A DNA stretch of 34,485 nucleotides from a virus (lineage: Duplodnaviria > Caudoviricetes): positions 1-34,485 of IMG/VR virus record IMGVR_UViG_3300038797_000110; one strand, written 5' to 3'. Under the pieces are notes generated by a model, which searched no databases, was not told the origin of the DNA, and saw only the letters and a program-made list of their open reading frames with translations. Positions 8,166 through 17,849 of the stretch are shown in pieces (position 1 is the first letter of the stretch; every line of letters starts with the position of its first letter). The position numbers and the translations under genes are program-made.

Positions 8166-8713
8166 GATTTGCCCCCCAGGTAGTCATCGAGCTTTTTCAG
8201 GGTCGCCTCAAAGCCACTTAGCTCCTGTCCACCAGTGGTCCCATCGGTGCCGGCACCACTGCTGCTGCCGCTGACTACTTGCCCGGGCGCGCTCTGGGTG
8301 CTCACCGCGTTGGCGGCGCGGCGTTTCTCCACGCGCTCGGGGTTCGACAGCTTTTCGGTCAGGGTGAACTGGATCCTCCAGCCGCGTAGCGAGTCGTCTT
8401 CCCGGGCGCTGACACCGTCCGAGAACTGCACTTGGCGCATACCGATTGAGGAGGCTGTGTCGTTGACGATCCGATACGTCTTGAGCTGGCCACCGCTCTC
8501 GGTGGCCTCGGCCAGGCGCATGAGCGTGCGCAGATCCGCCGAGTCGATGAAGCGGATCAGCAGGTTGACGGTCAGGGTCTTTGGCTTGAAGCCCTTGTGC
8601 GCGGTGTCGGTGTTGCTGGTCTGCCCCGACATGTCACCGCTTTCAATGCGCAGATCCCCGGTGACCTTCATGCCTCGTCCACGGATTCGTTCGCCGTCCA
8701 GGAGCAATGTCAT
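8162..8713 (-). CDS. Conserved tail/baseplate protein
   Basis: Start MTLLLDG at 8713 overlaps the upstream stop (ATGA); lies within the late operon. Confidence 0.6.
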   Translation of the reverse strand: MTLLLDGERIRGRGMKVTGDLRIESGDMSGQTSNTDTAHKGFKPKTLTVNLLIRFIDSADLRTLMRLAEATESGGQLKTYRIVNDTASSIGMRQVQFSDGVSAREDDSLRGWRIQFTLTEKLSNPERVEKRRAANAVSTQSAPGQVVSGSSSGAGTDGTTGGQELSGFEATLKKLDDYLGGKS

Positions 8714-9630
8714 AGGCCCACCAGTTCGCGAACAAAGCCCAGGCCCTTCAGCGAGCCCACGAGCATCACGCCGGCGGACAGCGGCCATTCGTGACCAGGT
8801 GCTTGCCCTGTCAGCAGGTCGCGGCGCAGCTCGGCTGCATTGCCCGGGCCAATCAGGCGGGCGGTCATGGTCACGTCCGGTTCCGCTCCGTCGAACATCG
8901 CTTTGAGGTTGGCGAGCGCCTGGTCCTTTGCCGCGCTGCGCTCAGCCTTGCGGCTGGCCAACGCCTGCAGGTCGGCCAAGGGCGAGCTGGATGCGAAGCT
9001 TTCCAGGGCGGCCAACTGACCGGACATTGCCTGGCTGGCTGTACGGGTGATGGTGGACTGCTCCAGCGGCAGTGCGCCCCAGCGCGGCAGCATGCCGGCG
9101 GTCGGTAGCTCCCACTTCTTCGTTTCCAGTTCGGACAGCCGGCCGGCGCGGTTCTGGGCGCGCTTCAGGTCCGGCAGCGGCAGCACGGCGTTGAAGCGGC
9201 TCAGGGTCGCGGCAAAGTGGTCGTAGCGGGTGCCGACGAACATCACGACCAGGGCGTACTGCTCACCACCTGGGCGGCTGGAGTCGGTCACATCCTGGAG
9301 CTTGGTGGCCATGTGTTGGAGCAGGTTCGGTGCCGACAGGTAGCGCTGCAAGCCCCGGCCTTGACCCACTCCACTTTGGAAAGGGGTAACCACAAGCGCC
9401 GCGGGCGTCTCGCCCAGGGACTCGCTCATCGCGCTGCGCCCGGCTGCGACCGCTGCTGCAGCTGCAGCACCGACCGGGCCTGGATCAGTGGTCGCCAGGC
9501 TCTGCAGCGCGGCCACGCGCGCGCCGGCGCTGGCCAGCTCGCCACCGGCCATGGTCTTTGCCTCCTCGAGGTCGGCCAGCCAGCTGGTGGACTGCTCGGG
9601 CCAGCGCATGGTGACTGGGTTCCAGTTCAT
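8710..9630 (-). CDS. Conserved tail-region hypothetical protein (HP1-type)
   Basis: Start MNWNPVTMRWP at 9630 overlaps the upstream stop; phage-like codon usage. Confidence 0.65.
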   Translation of the reverse strand: MNWNPVTMRWPEQSTSWLADLEEAKTMAGGELASAGARVAALQSLATTDPGPVGAAAAAAVAAGRSAMSESLGETPAALVVTPFQSGVGQGRGLQRYLSAPNLLQHMATKLQDVTDSSRPGGEQYALVVMFVGTRYDHFAATLSRFNAVLPLPDLKRAQNRAGRLSELETKKWELPTAGMLPRWGALPLEQSTITRTASQAMSGQLAALESFASSSPLADLQALASRKAERSAAKDQALANLKAMFDGAEPDVTMTARLIGPGNAAELRRDLLTGQAPGHEWPLSAGVMLVGSLKGLGFVRELVGL

Positions 9631-10337
9631 ACCGGGACAGCCTCCCAGGCCACTGCTTCGAGGCCGGCCAAGTCCTTGGCATCGCGTGCCAGCTGCAACT
9701 GCTCCTTGAGGCTGTAGGCCTGCTGCAGCAGCTGCAACTTCATGCGGGTGAAGTCGTCGGCCACCTGGCGCAACTGGACGGCAGTGTGAGGCCGGTAGGC
9801 TTTGGCCCCGCTCACGTCGGCGCAAGGGTAGGTCAGGTCGACGCCCAGGGCGGCAGCGCCGCTCAGGTTGATCTGGTCGTCGAGTGTGGTGCTGTAGCAG
9901 TGGCGATCGCCCAGGACGGCAGACCAGAAACCACCAGTTATCTGCAGGCTGCAGGTGGCATCGATCTCCTGGACCCGTTCCTGGTATCGCCGCTCCACAG
10001 CAGCGGGGATGTCGTCCACCCACTGGCCGTCTTGCCATACCTGGCCAGGCCCTGGCGGGTCCAGGGTGTAGCCCGCCGGCAGCTGGCCCAGCCGGTCGAT
10101 CGACACGGGTTCACCCGTCTGGGTGCTGTAGGCGGTCAGCCCCAGGTAGGAGTCGATCAGCTGCCAGCGTTTTCCATCCCAATGCGCAGCCTTAAATTCT
10201 GGTACCGCCGGCGGCGGGATCTCGACGCAGCCACGGGGAATCAGCCAGACGTTTTCCTCCAGCGGTGACGCGTCGGCGTAGGTCTGGCCGGTGTAGATGC
10301 CGAGGTGATCGGTTTGGTAGACGACCTTGGATTGCAT
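9627..10337 (-). CDS. Tail fibre assembly chaperone (Tfa/DUF4376-like)
   Basis: ADASPLE..WLIP..CVEIPPP and W-rich Tfa motifs; directly after the tail fibre gene. Confidence 0.75.
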   Translation of the reverse strand: MQSKVVYQTDHLGIYTGQTYADASPLEENVWLIPRGCVEIPPPAVPEFKAAHWDGKRWQLIDSYLGLTAYSTQTGEPVSIDRLGQLPAGYTLDPPGPGQVWQDGQWVDDIPAAVERRYQERVQEIDATCSLQITGGFWSAVLGDRHCYSTTLDDQINLSGAAALGVDLTYPCADVSGAKAYRPHTAVQLRQVADDFTRMKLQLLQQAYSLKEQLQLARDAKDLAGLEAVAWEAVPV

Positions 10338-10346
10338 GGCTGGGCC

Positions 10347-11948
10347 TCAGTACTTGATGAAGGCGTTGAAAGCGATGTTCTGCGGGCGTGTTTCGCTTCC
10401 GCCGGTCGCGTTGACGGTGATCGCATGGGAGTGCTCAGCCACGCCGGTCACGGTGATGTTGTGTGAGTGCTGGCCGGCGGAGCTGGTGGTGGAGTACCCG
10501 ACGATGCCGGTCGTAAGGTCATCGCCGGAACTCAGGATTTCGCCGGTTCCTATCACGCCGTTCACCTGCCCCTCTTTGACGCTGTGGGTGTGTTCGCCCT
10601 GGGCATCACTACTGGCGGCGTGGGTATGCGCGCCGGCGCCGGCGGAACTGGCGCTGTGGCTGTGGGAGCGGATTTCGTCCGCCTGGACGCTACCCAGCAC
10701 GCGGCCTGGATCGATGTTGCGCCCGTCATCCAGGGCGCGGATGAACAGGCCACGCGCATCTGGCAGGCTGAAGGTGTTCACACCGTCGCCGGCGCCGTGG
10801 CGGGTACCGATCTTTGCAAACAGCCTGGCGTAGACAGTGCGGGATACGGCCGCACCGTTGGCACGCAGGCAACCCGGCGGCGGCGCGTCGAGGTCGAAGA
10901 AGACGACTTCACCAACCTGGTTGCTTTCGAGCTGGGCGATCGCGGCTTTCAGCGCCTTGGTCGTCGCCAGGATCTCGCTGCTGTCACTGTTCGGATCGTC
11001 GCTTTTGGCGTTTGGCAGGTTGCCCAGGTCGACGTCATCCTTGGTCGTCGCCCTTGCACGAAGGCCCGGGTAGTCCCCGTTCTTTGCGGCGAAGTGGTCG
11101 ACAAGGGCGGAGGTGATCGGTTGCCAAGGGCGCAGATCGGTGATGTCGCCGGCGGCGTTGATGTTGGCCAGCTCGATCAGGTAATGCGCCGTGCCGTCGT
11201 TATCCTGGTAATCCGTCTTGGTGGCACCGAACGCCACGGTCCATTGGGCGGCCACATCGCTGCCTTGCCGACGCAGGGCCACATCCAGCCATGCCTTCAC
11301 CGGCAGCGTGGTCAGCTGCACCTGGACAGGCATGTCTAGGGCCAGCCGTACGCCTTCAATGTAGGCAACCCCCGCCCTCACCTGGTACAGCCCGAAGCTG
11401 CGCTCCAGCTGCAGGCTGCTATCCAGAAAGCAGGCGCGCCCGTAGACGTCGCGATTGCTCAGCCGCTCCCGCTTGTCGATACCGGTCAGGCGCACCGAAA
11501 AGTCATGCTGCCAGGTGCTCGCGTCGACCGTGATACCGGTTATTTCCTGAGCCCCGTCAAACTCCACCAGGAAGTTGCGGGTGAGGTTGTTACCGATCTG
11601 CAGCGGTGGGATGTTCTTGCGCTTCTGCTGGAGTGGCACGTAGGCCACTGTCAGCAAAACGTTTTCCTCGGTGACCAGGCCGATCCAGTTGAAATCCCAG
11701 TCACCTACGCTGGAGTCGACCGCCACGCTGTAGATGACCTGGTTGGGATTTACGTAGCCCTGCCGGTGGACCGGCGAGGTGTAAACCACCTGGTCAGCGG
11801 GAGGCTTGCCGGCGGAACGATCCACCGGCGCCGACGGGTTGAGCCCCGGGACGTTTGCGAACACGAAGCTGGCCACGTTCAAGGCCTGCTGGTCGGCCTG
11901 CTTCTGCGCGATCAGTGACTGACCTGCGAGGGTAATGCTTGCTCCCAT
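10347..11948 (-). CDS. Tail fibre protein with tail-collar domain
   Basis: N-terminal baseplate-attachment region (VGDWDFNWIGL), collar motif ANGAAVSRTVYARLF...GDGVNTFSLPDARGLFIR, HxH repeats and ETRPQNIAF end. Confidence 0.85.
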   Translation of the reverse strand: MGASITLAGQSLIAQKQADQQALNVASFVFANVPGLNPSAPVDRSAGKPPADQVVYTSPVHRQGYVNPNQVIYSVAVDSSVGDWDFNWIGLVTEENVLLTVAYVPLQQKRKNIPPLQIGNNLTRNFLVEFDGAQEITGITVDASTWQHDFSVRLTGIDKRERLSNRDVYGRACFLDSSLQLERSFGLYQVRAGVAYIEGVRLALDMPVQVQLTTLPVKAWLDVALRRQGSDVAAQWTVAFGATKTDYQDNDGTAHYLIELANINAAGDITDLRPWQPITSALVDHFAAKNGDYPGLRARATTKDDVDLGNLPNAKSDDPNSDSSEILATTKALKAAIAQLESNQVGEVVFFDLDAPPPGCLRANGAAVSRTVYARLFAKIGTRHGAGDGVNTFSLPDARGLFIRALDDGRNIDPGRVLGSVQADEIRSHSHSASSAGAGAHTHAASSDAQGEHTHSVKEGQVNGVIGTGEILSSGDDLTTGIVGYSTTSSAGQHSHNITVTGVAEHSHAITVNATGGSETRPQNIAFNAFIKY

Positions 11949-11956
11949 GAGGGCTC

Positions 11957-12544
11957 CTAGGTGTTCTCGGTAGTCACGACAGGCCATTCACTGATGACGA
12001 TCAGGCGGCTTGCGCGGTCGTCCCAGACGGCATGCAGGGTTTCCTGGTCGTCATGGAAGTGGGCAACACGCATGCCGAGGGTCACCGGCGTTATGGTTGC
12101 GAACTCGTAGCGGCGGCAGGTGCGGCCGTACTGCTGCATCAGCACGCGCAGCAGCACAGGGTTGGCACTCAGTTGGCCATCGGTGAGGTACAGGCGGATC
12201 ACGTCCCAGTTCTCACTGTCGAACCGCTCCTCGATCTCGACGTAGCCGACGCCCAGGCGCTGGAAGATCCGCACGGTGCCTGCGCTGCTGCCGGCGTCCA
12301 CGGCATTGATGAAGGCGTACTTCACCCGCTTGCGGTAAAGGGTCTCCGGCTCGCCCTGGAAACGCTGGATGTCGCGCTGCCAGGCCAGCAAATCGAGCAC
12401 GGTTAGGTGGCAGGTCTCGGCATCGAGCTGCAGCAGTGGCCAGTTCATCCAGGTCTTGACCTTGGCCCACCAGGACTGCGCGGCATCTCGCAACTTGGAA
12501 AGCTCGACGCCTTCCAGCCAGAAGGGGAGCTTGAGCTTATCCAC
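11957..12544 (-). CDS. Baseplate/tail protein I-like
   Basis: LDLLAWQRDI...YRKRVKYAF motif; follows baseplate J; GTG start at 12544. Confidence 0.75.
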   Translation of the reverse strand: MDKLKLPFWLEGVELSKLRDAAQSWWAKVKTWMNWPLLQLDAETCHLTVLDLLAWQRDIQRFQGEPETLYRKRVKYAFINAVDAGSSAGTVRIFQRLGVGYVEIEERFDSENWDVIRLYLTDGQLSANPVLLRVLMQQYGRTCRRYEFATITPVTLGMRVAHFHDDQETLHAVWDDRASRLIVISEWPVVTTENT

Positions 12545-13712
12545 CGCGCACCACCTGGACAGCATCGAGGCGCGGGATGGTCAGCTGCGAGACGATGTCG
12601 ACGTTGTCGAACTTGAGCGACTCGATGCCGGTGAAGGTTTCGTGCAGCTCTTCACCCAAGCGGCTGAAGGAAAATCGCGACTGTGGATAGGTCAGGGTCG
12701 GCTGGTAGTCGCTGGCCGTGCTCTCGCGGAACGCGGCCCGAATGAACAGCTCGATGTCGTTCAGCAGCGCGTCTTCGCGCTCGGTACCGACTTCGGCTTT
12801 TGGCCAGACTGCGACACCGACAGCATGCTGGGTAGCCGGCATTTCCTGCACCAGGAGGTCATCGCCGTGGCCATGGTTGCCCTGGTCGCGGATGTAGCTG
12901 TTGATTGTCTCCAGGTAGCTGGCCGCCGGGGATCCCGCCTCGAACAGGACAAAGGCATTGGCACTGCCCGGGCCGCGTGGGGCGTCGTGCTCGAAGTACA
13001 CACCATCAGGTTCAACACCCGGGAAGGCGGCGATCATGGCCCGGTACACGGCGTCGGTGTGCCACTGGTTGACCGCGCTGAACTGGTTTCGGGTACGTAG
13101 GCGCAGGTCGTCGTCGTGCTCCTCGTCTGCCCCGGGCTGGATCAGCCAGCCATCGGCGTTCACCACCTGGATTACCCCGGCCACCGGCTCAGGCAGGATC
13201 GAGTAGTAACCCGGGGCGAGGTTGTAGCCGCTGCCAGCCTCGGTCGCCTCGACCGGCACCAGGACCTGCGAGTCGCCGTCCAGGAACTGGGTGGCGGCAG
13301 TGGTGACCAGGACGTACACGTTGCCGTTGATGGCCACCGACTGCACGCGAATGCCTGCGGGGATCTCCAGCACGCCGGCAACGCCGCTACGGGTGAACAG
13401 CAGCTGCCCCTGGGCTTTGGTGGAAGGCTTGCGGGTCACGTTGACGGCCCAGGCCAGCATGTCCAACCAATTGCCTTTGGCGGTCTTCACAAAGAAGTTC
13501 GGCAACACGGTGCTGACTATGAAGTCGATCATCCACATGACCGGCTTTGTCACCAGGGCGGTGACCACGCGCCAGAAGGGCGACCAGGCGCTGGTGTTGC
13601 TCAGTTTGGCGCCCTGGGCTGCTACCTCTTTCTCCCAGGCAGCACGCAAGCCTGCCTCGGTCGTCGGTACCCCGGCGTCCTGCAGGGCTTTCTTGAAGTC
13701 GACGTCACTCAC
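12537..13712 (-). CDS. Baseplate J/gp47 family protein
   Basis: 391 aa: WLDMLAW, GSGYNL, GADEEHDDDLRLR, PRGPGS motifs. Confidence 0.85.
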   Translation of the reverse strand: MSDVDFKKALQDAGVPTTEAGLRAAWEKEVAAQGAKLSNTSAWSPFWRVVTALVTKPVMWMIDFIVSTVLPNFFVKTAKGNWLDMLAWAVNVTRKPSTKAQGQLLFTRSGVAGVLEIPAGIRVQSVAINGNVYVLVTTAATQFLDGDSQVLVPVEATEAGSGYNLAPGYYSILPEPVAGVIQVVNADGWLIQPGADEEHDDDLRLRTRNQFSAVNQWHTDAVYRAMIAAFPGVEPDGVYFEHDAPRGPGSANAFVLFEAGSPAASYLETINSYIRDQGNHGHGDDLLVQEMPATQHAVGVAVWPKAEVGTEREDALLNDIELFIRAAFRESTASDYQPTLTYPQSRFSFSRLGEELHETFTGIESLKFDNVDIVSQLTIPRLDAVQVVRGG

Positions 13713-14026
13713 AGGGATACCTCAGTGGTTCCGAATTCAACGGTGGTGGCGGTGACCAGGTACTGACCACTGCCGGTCTCGGTGATCTGTACGGTGCCCG
13801 GGACCAGGCGCTCGTCGTTCTCGACCAGGAGTTCCAGCTGCTGGATGCAGTCGGCCTGGCGGAAGCGGTCGCGCTCTGCCATCAGTGTCACCAGCAGCCC
13901 GCTCTCGCGGATCATGTGGGCGATGTCCTGGGCGATGCTGGCCCGATCGTCCACCAGCACAGGCTGGTTCGACGGGTCCAGGGTCAGGTCGTTGTTGGTG
14001 ATGAGGAGATCGATATAGAGACTCAT
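13709..14026 (-). CDS. Baseplate wedge protein (DUF2590/gp25-like)
   Basis: 105 aa, SIAQDIAHMIRESGL...VENDERLVPGTV; lies between tape measure and J. Confidence 0.7.
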   Translation of the reverse strand: MSLYIDLLITNNDLTLDPSNQPVLVDDRASIAQDIAHMIRESGLLVTLMAERDRFRQADCIQQLELLVENDERLVPGTVQITETGSGQYLVTATTVEFGTTEVSL

Positions 14027-15963
14027 CAGCCGGTCGCCATCGCCATCATGTTTTCCAGCTCCAGCGGGCTCATTGGCTTGGCGGTGTTGATCTCCACCTT
14101 CTCAATGTGGTTGCCACGGTTCTGGTTCTGGGTGTTCTGGATGCTGGTCAGCAGACCGCCAGCGGGCACGGCGTCCGCTTTGGTCGGGCTCAGGCTGCCG
14201 GTGGGCTGGTACTCGGCATTGGCGCCTACGCTGGGCAGGTCAGGGATGCTGCCCAGCTTCAGATCGATATCGACGCCAGGGATCTTGTTCAGCATCGAGA
14301 TCAGCGAGTTCAGGGCGGACCGGAATACGCCCACAATCCCGTCCCAGGCGGCTTTGGCCATGCTCGACCAGCCGCCCATGCTGTTGAACCAGGTGCTGAG
14401 CGCACTCAGTTGCTCGCTCACCCACTGGAAGGCTGCGGTGTTCATCAGGGCGGTGGTCCACTGGTCCCAGTACGCCACGGCCGCGACGATTACAGCGACC
14501 AGGGCGACGATGCCCAGGACCACCAGGCCGACCGGGTTGGCGGCCAGCGCCGCGTTTACCAGCCAGATCGCGCCCTGCCAGATCAGCATCGAGGCCTTGG
14601 CCAGGCCGATCGCCGCGATCATGCCGAGGATCCGGGCGATGAACAGCGCGCCCTGGACGGTGTGGGCGATGAACATGGCGATGCTCTTCCAGCCGGTCCA
14701 GGTGAGCAGGGTCCAGACCACGTTCAGGCCAAGCCAGGCCATCTTGCTCAGGCCGACGACCACAGTCAGCGCGCTGATTGCAGCGGTAATGGCCAGCACG
14801 ACGAGCGTTGCGATGCCCATGACGCGGGTGATGTTCGGGAAAAGTTGGGTCCATCTGGTCATGGTCTTGCCGATGCCAACCAGCTTGTCCATCAGCGGCT
14901 GCAGCATCGGGATCAGGGCCTGGCCAAAGGCAATGCGCAGCGCCTGGACTGCCGCCCCGAACTGCTGCCACGGGTCGACCATGGCCGCTGCCATCTTCTC
15001 GGCCTGCTCCAGGCCACGGACCTTGCCCAGTTGGTCGATACCGCTGCGCAGTCGGTCGGTGTCCTGGGCCAGTGCGCCGATCACCTGGGCGCCTTCACCG
15101 CCGAACGCCTCGACCAGTTTGCTATCAGCTGCAGCGTTGCGCAGATCGCCGAACTTGCCCTGCAGCTTGGCCATGATGTCCAGCATCGGCAGGACCTTGC
15201 CGTTGGTGTCGGTGAACTTCATCCCCAGCTTGTCCGAGGCGTTGCCGATGTTCTCGAAGAACGCCTTGTAGCGTCCGCCGGCGTCGCCGCCTTCCATGGT
15301 GCTGGACAGGCTGCCGATCACCGCCATCTGCTCGGCCAGGTCTATGCCGGACGCCGAGGCGATCGCCCCGGCTTCCTTGAAACCTTCCTTCATCTGCTCG
15401 CCACTGGTGCGGAACAGTTGCACCGCCAGGGCCGTCTGGCCGCCCAGCTTCTCGACCCACTGGCTTTTGCCCATGGCGTCGGCCTGCTGCTTCTGCAGGT
15501 TGTAGAGCGTTCCCACGTACTCGCTCATCACGTCCTGATCGGACTTGGTGGCCTTGGCCAGCACAGCACTGGTGTTGGTAAAGGTGGCCAGCTGAGAGCC
15601 GGCCAGGCCCTTGATGGCCCCTTGGATCTTGTACGCCGAGGCAACGAAAGACTCGGCGTTCTCGCCGTAGGAGACCGAAAAGTCGAGGGCTTGAGCGTTG
15701 AGGGCGGTCAGCGCGTCCTCGGCCACGTCGAGCGATCGAACGTCGCCCAGGGCGCGGTTCACATCCAGCGCGGGTGCCAGCGACGCCTCGATCCCGGTCA
15801 GGGCGCCCCAGACGCCTGCGACACCGGTACCGATCTGCTTGATGTTGGCTTCACCCTGGGAGGCCAGATTGTCGAAGCCCTTGGTCACCTTGGCCAAGGG
15901 CGCCGAGACCTTGTCGGTCAGACTCAGGATGAAGTCCAGGCGGCTGGATGTGCTCGCACTCAT
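14026..15963 (-). CDS. Tail tape measure protein
   Basis: 645 aa, Ala/Gly-rich helical protein with hydrophobic ANPVGLVV segment; follows the tail chaperone. Confidence 0.9.
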   Translation of the reverse strand: MSASTSSRLDFILSLTDKVSAPLAKVTKGFDNLASQGEANIKQIGTGVAGVWGALTGIEASLAPALDVNRALGDVRSLDVAEDALTALNAQALDFSVSYGENAESFVASAYKIQGAIKGLAGSQLATFTNTSAVLAKATKSDQDVMSEYVGTLYNLQKQQADAMGKSQWVEKLGGQTALAVQLFRTSGEQMKEGFKEAGAIASASGIDLAEQMAVIGSLSSTMEGGDAGGRYKAFFENIGNASDKLGMKFTDTNGKVLPMLDIMAKLQGKFGDLRNAAADSKLVEAFGGEGAQVIGALAQDTDRLRSGIDQLGKVRGLEQAEKMAAAMVDPWQQFGAAVQALRIAFGQALIPMLQPLMDKLVGIGKTMTRWTQLFPNITRVMGIATLVVLAITAAISALTVVVGLSKMAWLGLNVVWTLLTWTGWKSIAMFIAHTVQGALFIARILGMIAAIGLAKASMLIWQGAIWLVNAALAANPVGLVVLGIVALVAVIVAAVAYWDQWTTALMNTAAFQWVSEQLSALSTWFNSMGGWSSMAKAAWDGIVGVFRSALNSLISMLNKIPGVDIDLKLGSIPDLPSVGANAEYQPTGSLSPTKADAVPAGGLLTSIQNTQNQNRGNHIEKVEINTAKPMSPLELENMMAMATG

Positions 15964-15967
15964 GGGG

Positions 15968-16165
15968 TCAGTTACCTTTCCAAGCTCGTGATATGCCGTT
16001 GGCTATGGCGAGTTCCGTTCGCCGCCAGTACTCGTCTTCCAGCCACTTGGCTGTGCCCAGGGTCTCGGGCGATCGATCTGCACCAGGTAGCCACCGATCG
16101 GCGAGGGCCAACAGCTGGCCCATGCCGTCCTCGGTCAGGCGCTCGGCGTGGTCGAGCGCTTTTTT
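15968..16165 (-). CDS. -1 frameshift extension of the tail assembly chaperone (G-T type)
   Basis: A AAA AAG slippery site (16159-16165, minus strand). The -1 frame reads KKALDHAERLTEDGMGQLLALADRWLPG...WKGN* and ends 4 nt before the tape measure ATG. Confidence 0.8.
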   Translation of the reverse strand, partial: KKALDHAERLTEDGMGQLLALADRWLPGADRSPETLGTAKWLEDEYWRRTELAIANGISRAWKGN

Positions 16166-16422
16166 ACGGTGACTTCAATGGTCGGGGAGTACTCTTCCAT
16201 CAGCGCACCGGCGATCTGGATCGCGGTCACTGGGTTGACCAGGAGCGGCTTCAGGGCCGCTTTCTGCTCCTGGTTCACTGCGTTCATCAGCAGGTTGTGG
16301 GAGGGCGCGACCTTGTTGGACTGGGTCATACTGTTGATGTATTTGGTCATTAGGGCCGGATCGACGGTGAAGTCGAACTCCTGGGTGCCTACTTCCAAGG
16401 TGATTTCGGTGCGTTCGGTCAT
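16135..16422 (-). CDS. Tail assembly chaperone
   Basis: 95 aa upstream of the tape measure gene, ending at a slippery VKK. Confidence 0.8.
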   Translation of the reverse strand: MTERTEITLEVGTQEFDFTVDPALMTKYINSMTQSNKVAPSHNLLMNAVNQEQKAALKPLLVNPVTAIQIAGALMEEYSPTIEVTVKKRSTTPSA

Positions 16423-16910
16423 GGTGCGGTTCCAGTGTTTGCAGGTTGGGTTGAGCAGAAGCTGCGGACGTGGTCCTGCAGCCCCAGGATCATTTGCTTG
16501 CTGACGGCGAGCTGATCTCGGAGGGTGAAATAATCCGATCGAGCGTCTGCTGCGAGTTCGGCGGTGGCTCCATCAGCCACGCCGGCGGCGCCGGTGACTG
16601 CAGGCACAGGGGTTGCGCAGGTGGCTTTGACGAGCAGCCGCTTATCGCGATCGTCAACAGCGCGGCGCAGAACATCATTGGTATCGCGGGCATTGCTCAG
16701 CTCCTGGGTGTGTTTCTTGTCGAGATCCTTGGCCTGAGCCAGACGCTCGGCATTCGCGTTCGCAACCTGGATCACGGCTTTGAGGTCGACCAGCGCCTGA
16801 TCCCGCTCCGATAGCGTCGTTTCCAGTTGGGCCTTGTAGTCCCAGGCAGCCCAGGACAGCAGGGCCATAAGCAACAGCGTCAAGACAGAACGCACCGATT
16901 CGAAGGTCAT
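16419..16910 (-). CDS. i-spanin (Rz-like)
   Basis: N-terminal TM helix, coiled coil, RLLVKATC...AELAADARSDYFTLR; ATG overlaps the endolysin stop. Confidence 0.8.
   Translation of the reverse strand: MTFESVRSVLTLLLMALLSWAAWDYKAQLETTLSERDQALVDLKAVIQVANANAERLAQAKDLDKKHTQELSNARDTNDVLRRAVDDRDKRLLVKATCATPVPAVTGAAGVADGATAELAADARSDYFTLRDQLAVSKQMILGLQDHVRSFCSTQPANTGTAP
16490..16693 (-). CDS. o-spanin (Rz1-like lipoprotein) embedded in Rz
   Basis: Signal peptide + ISGC lipobox, Pro-rich mature part, alternate frame inside Rz. Confidence 0.75.
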   Translation of the reverse strand: MPAIPMMFCAALLTIAISGCSSKPPAQPLCLQSPAPPAWLMEPPPNSQQTLDRIISPSEISSPSASK

Positions 16911-17437
16911 TTGGCGCATAGCCTCGCTTCGTCTAGTTGGCGGGCGTGCAGCCCGCGCACGAACACCTTGTTGCCCTTGGCGTCGGTGACGTAGGCCCAC
17001 ACGGGACGCCCATCAGGGCCCCATGCCAGCGCCTTGCAGCCTTCCGCGATGCGGCCGGCGTTGATGAGCACCAGGGCTCGACTCGCACAGGTCGACGGCG
17101 CTCCAAAGTGGTGGCCGTGGCTACTGAGCGCGTCGAAAGTGTTCTGGCTAATCTTGTCGTTGGTCAGGCAGTCGGCGAGGGCCAGTTGGCCCTTCTCGAT
17201 CACCAGCTGCTCCACCTCGGCACAGCGCGCCGGCGACCAGTAGTCGCCAACCACCACTGGATAGGGGCTGGTGTAGCGGGTGATGCCCAGGCACACCGTC
17301 GGCAGGCCCCGGGCGAGCTGGTCGGCATAGACGACGTTCTGGCCCTCGCCTTCCCATTTACCCAGGAACGCCATCAGGGTGCTGCTGCTCAGCACCAGGG
17401 CGATGGAACCCGTCAGGATCTTGTTGCGCAGGCTCAT
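16907..17437 (-). CDS. Endolysin, GH24 lysozyme, probably SAR type
   Basis: N-terminal weakly hydrophobic segment (ILTGSIALVLSSSTLMAFLG), then WEG...YAD...PTVCLGIT catalytic E/D/T pattern. Confidence 0.8.
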   Translation of the reverse strand: MSLRNKILTGSIALVLSSSTLMAFLGKWEGEGQNVVYADQLARGLPTVCLGITRYTSPYPVVVGDYWSPARCAEVEQLVIEKGQLALADCLTNDKISQNTFDALSSHGHHFGAPSTCASRALVLINAGRIAEGCKALAWGPDGRPVWAYVTDAKGNKVFVRGLHARQLDEARLCAK

Positions 17438-17640
17438 GACTTGATCTTCCAGTCGCGTAGCATCTGGCGGTACTTGGGGATCAGCAGAAGGATCTGCAGC
17501 ACCATGTAGAGGGCAGTCAGCATGTAGGCGACCGCCGACCAGTCGACGGTGCCCGTTACGCCGGTGGCGGCGACGCCGATTGCGGGCGCGGCCTTGGCCA
17601 GGGCGACAGCAGTGTCTTGAGCGGCCTGATTCGCGCTCAT
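17434..17640 (-). CDS. Holin
   Basis: 68 aa with hydrophobic segment(s) and a basic C-terminus, directly upstream of the endolysin. Confidence 0.7.
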   Translation of the reverse strand: MSANQAAQDTAVALAKAAPAIGVAATGVTGTVDWSAVAYMLTALYMVLQILLLIPKYRQMLRDWKIKS

Positions 17641-17849
17641 CGATGGCCCCCTTTCTCAAAAGTGGACTGGCAAGGGACGCAGCGAGTCATGCCGCCCAGG
17701 GCGCGGCGCGCCTCGGGGATCTCTTCGTCGCAGTCCTCGCAGTGGGTCAGGCTTGGCCCAGTCGAACGCGCACGGGACAGGGCGGCAGTGATCGCCTGGT
17801 CACGCTGACGCTGCTCCAGCGCCTGGGCGCGATCGAACGGGCAGGTCAT
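17637..17849 (-). CDS. TraR/DksA C4 zinc-finger protein
   Basis: CEDC..EIPEARR..G.TRCVPCQ with N-terminal DRAQ. Confidence 0.85.
   Translation of the reverse strand: MTCPFDRAQALEQRQRDQAITAALSRARSTGPSLTHCEDCDEEIPEARRALGGMTRCVPCQSTFEKGGHR

Noticed and set aside
9627-11948. Tail-fibre inversion system or diversity-generating retroelement
   Set aside because: No invertase, inverted fibre cassette, reverse transcriptase or template/variable repeat pair seen.
14107-16353. 748-aa plus-strand ORF and similar long antisense ORFs across the structural region
   Set aside because: Shadow frames of GC3-rich genes on the opposite strand; no motifs or expression signals.
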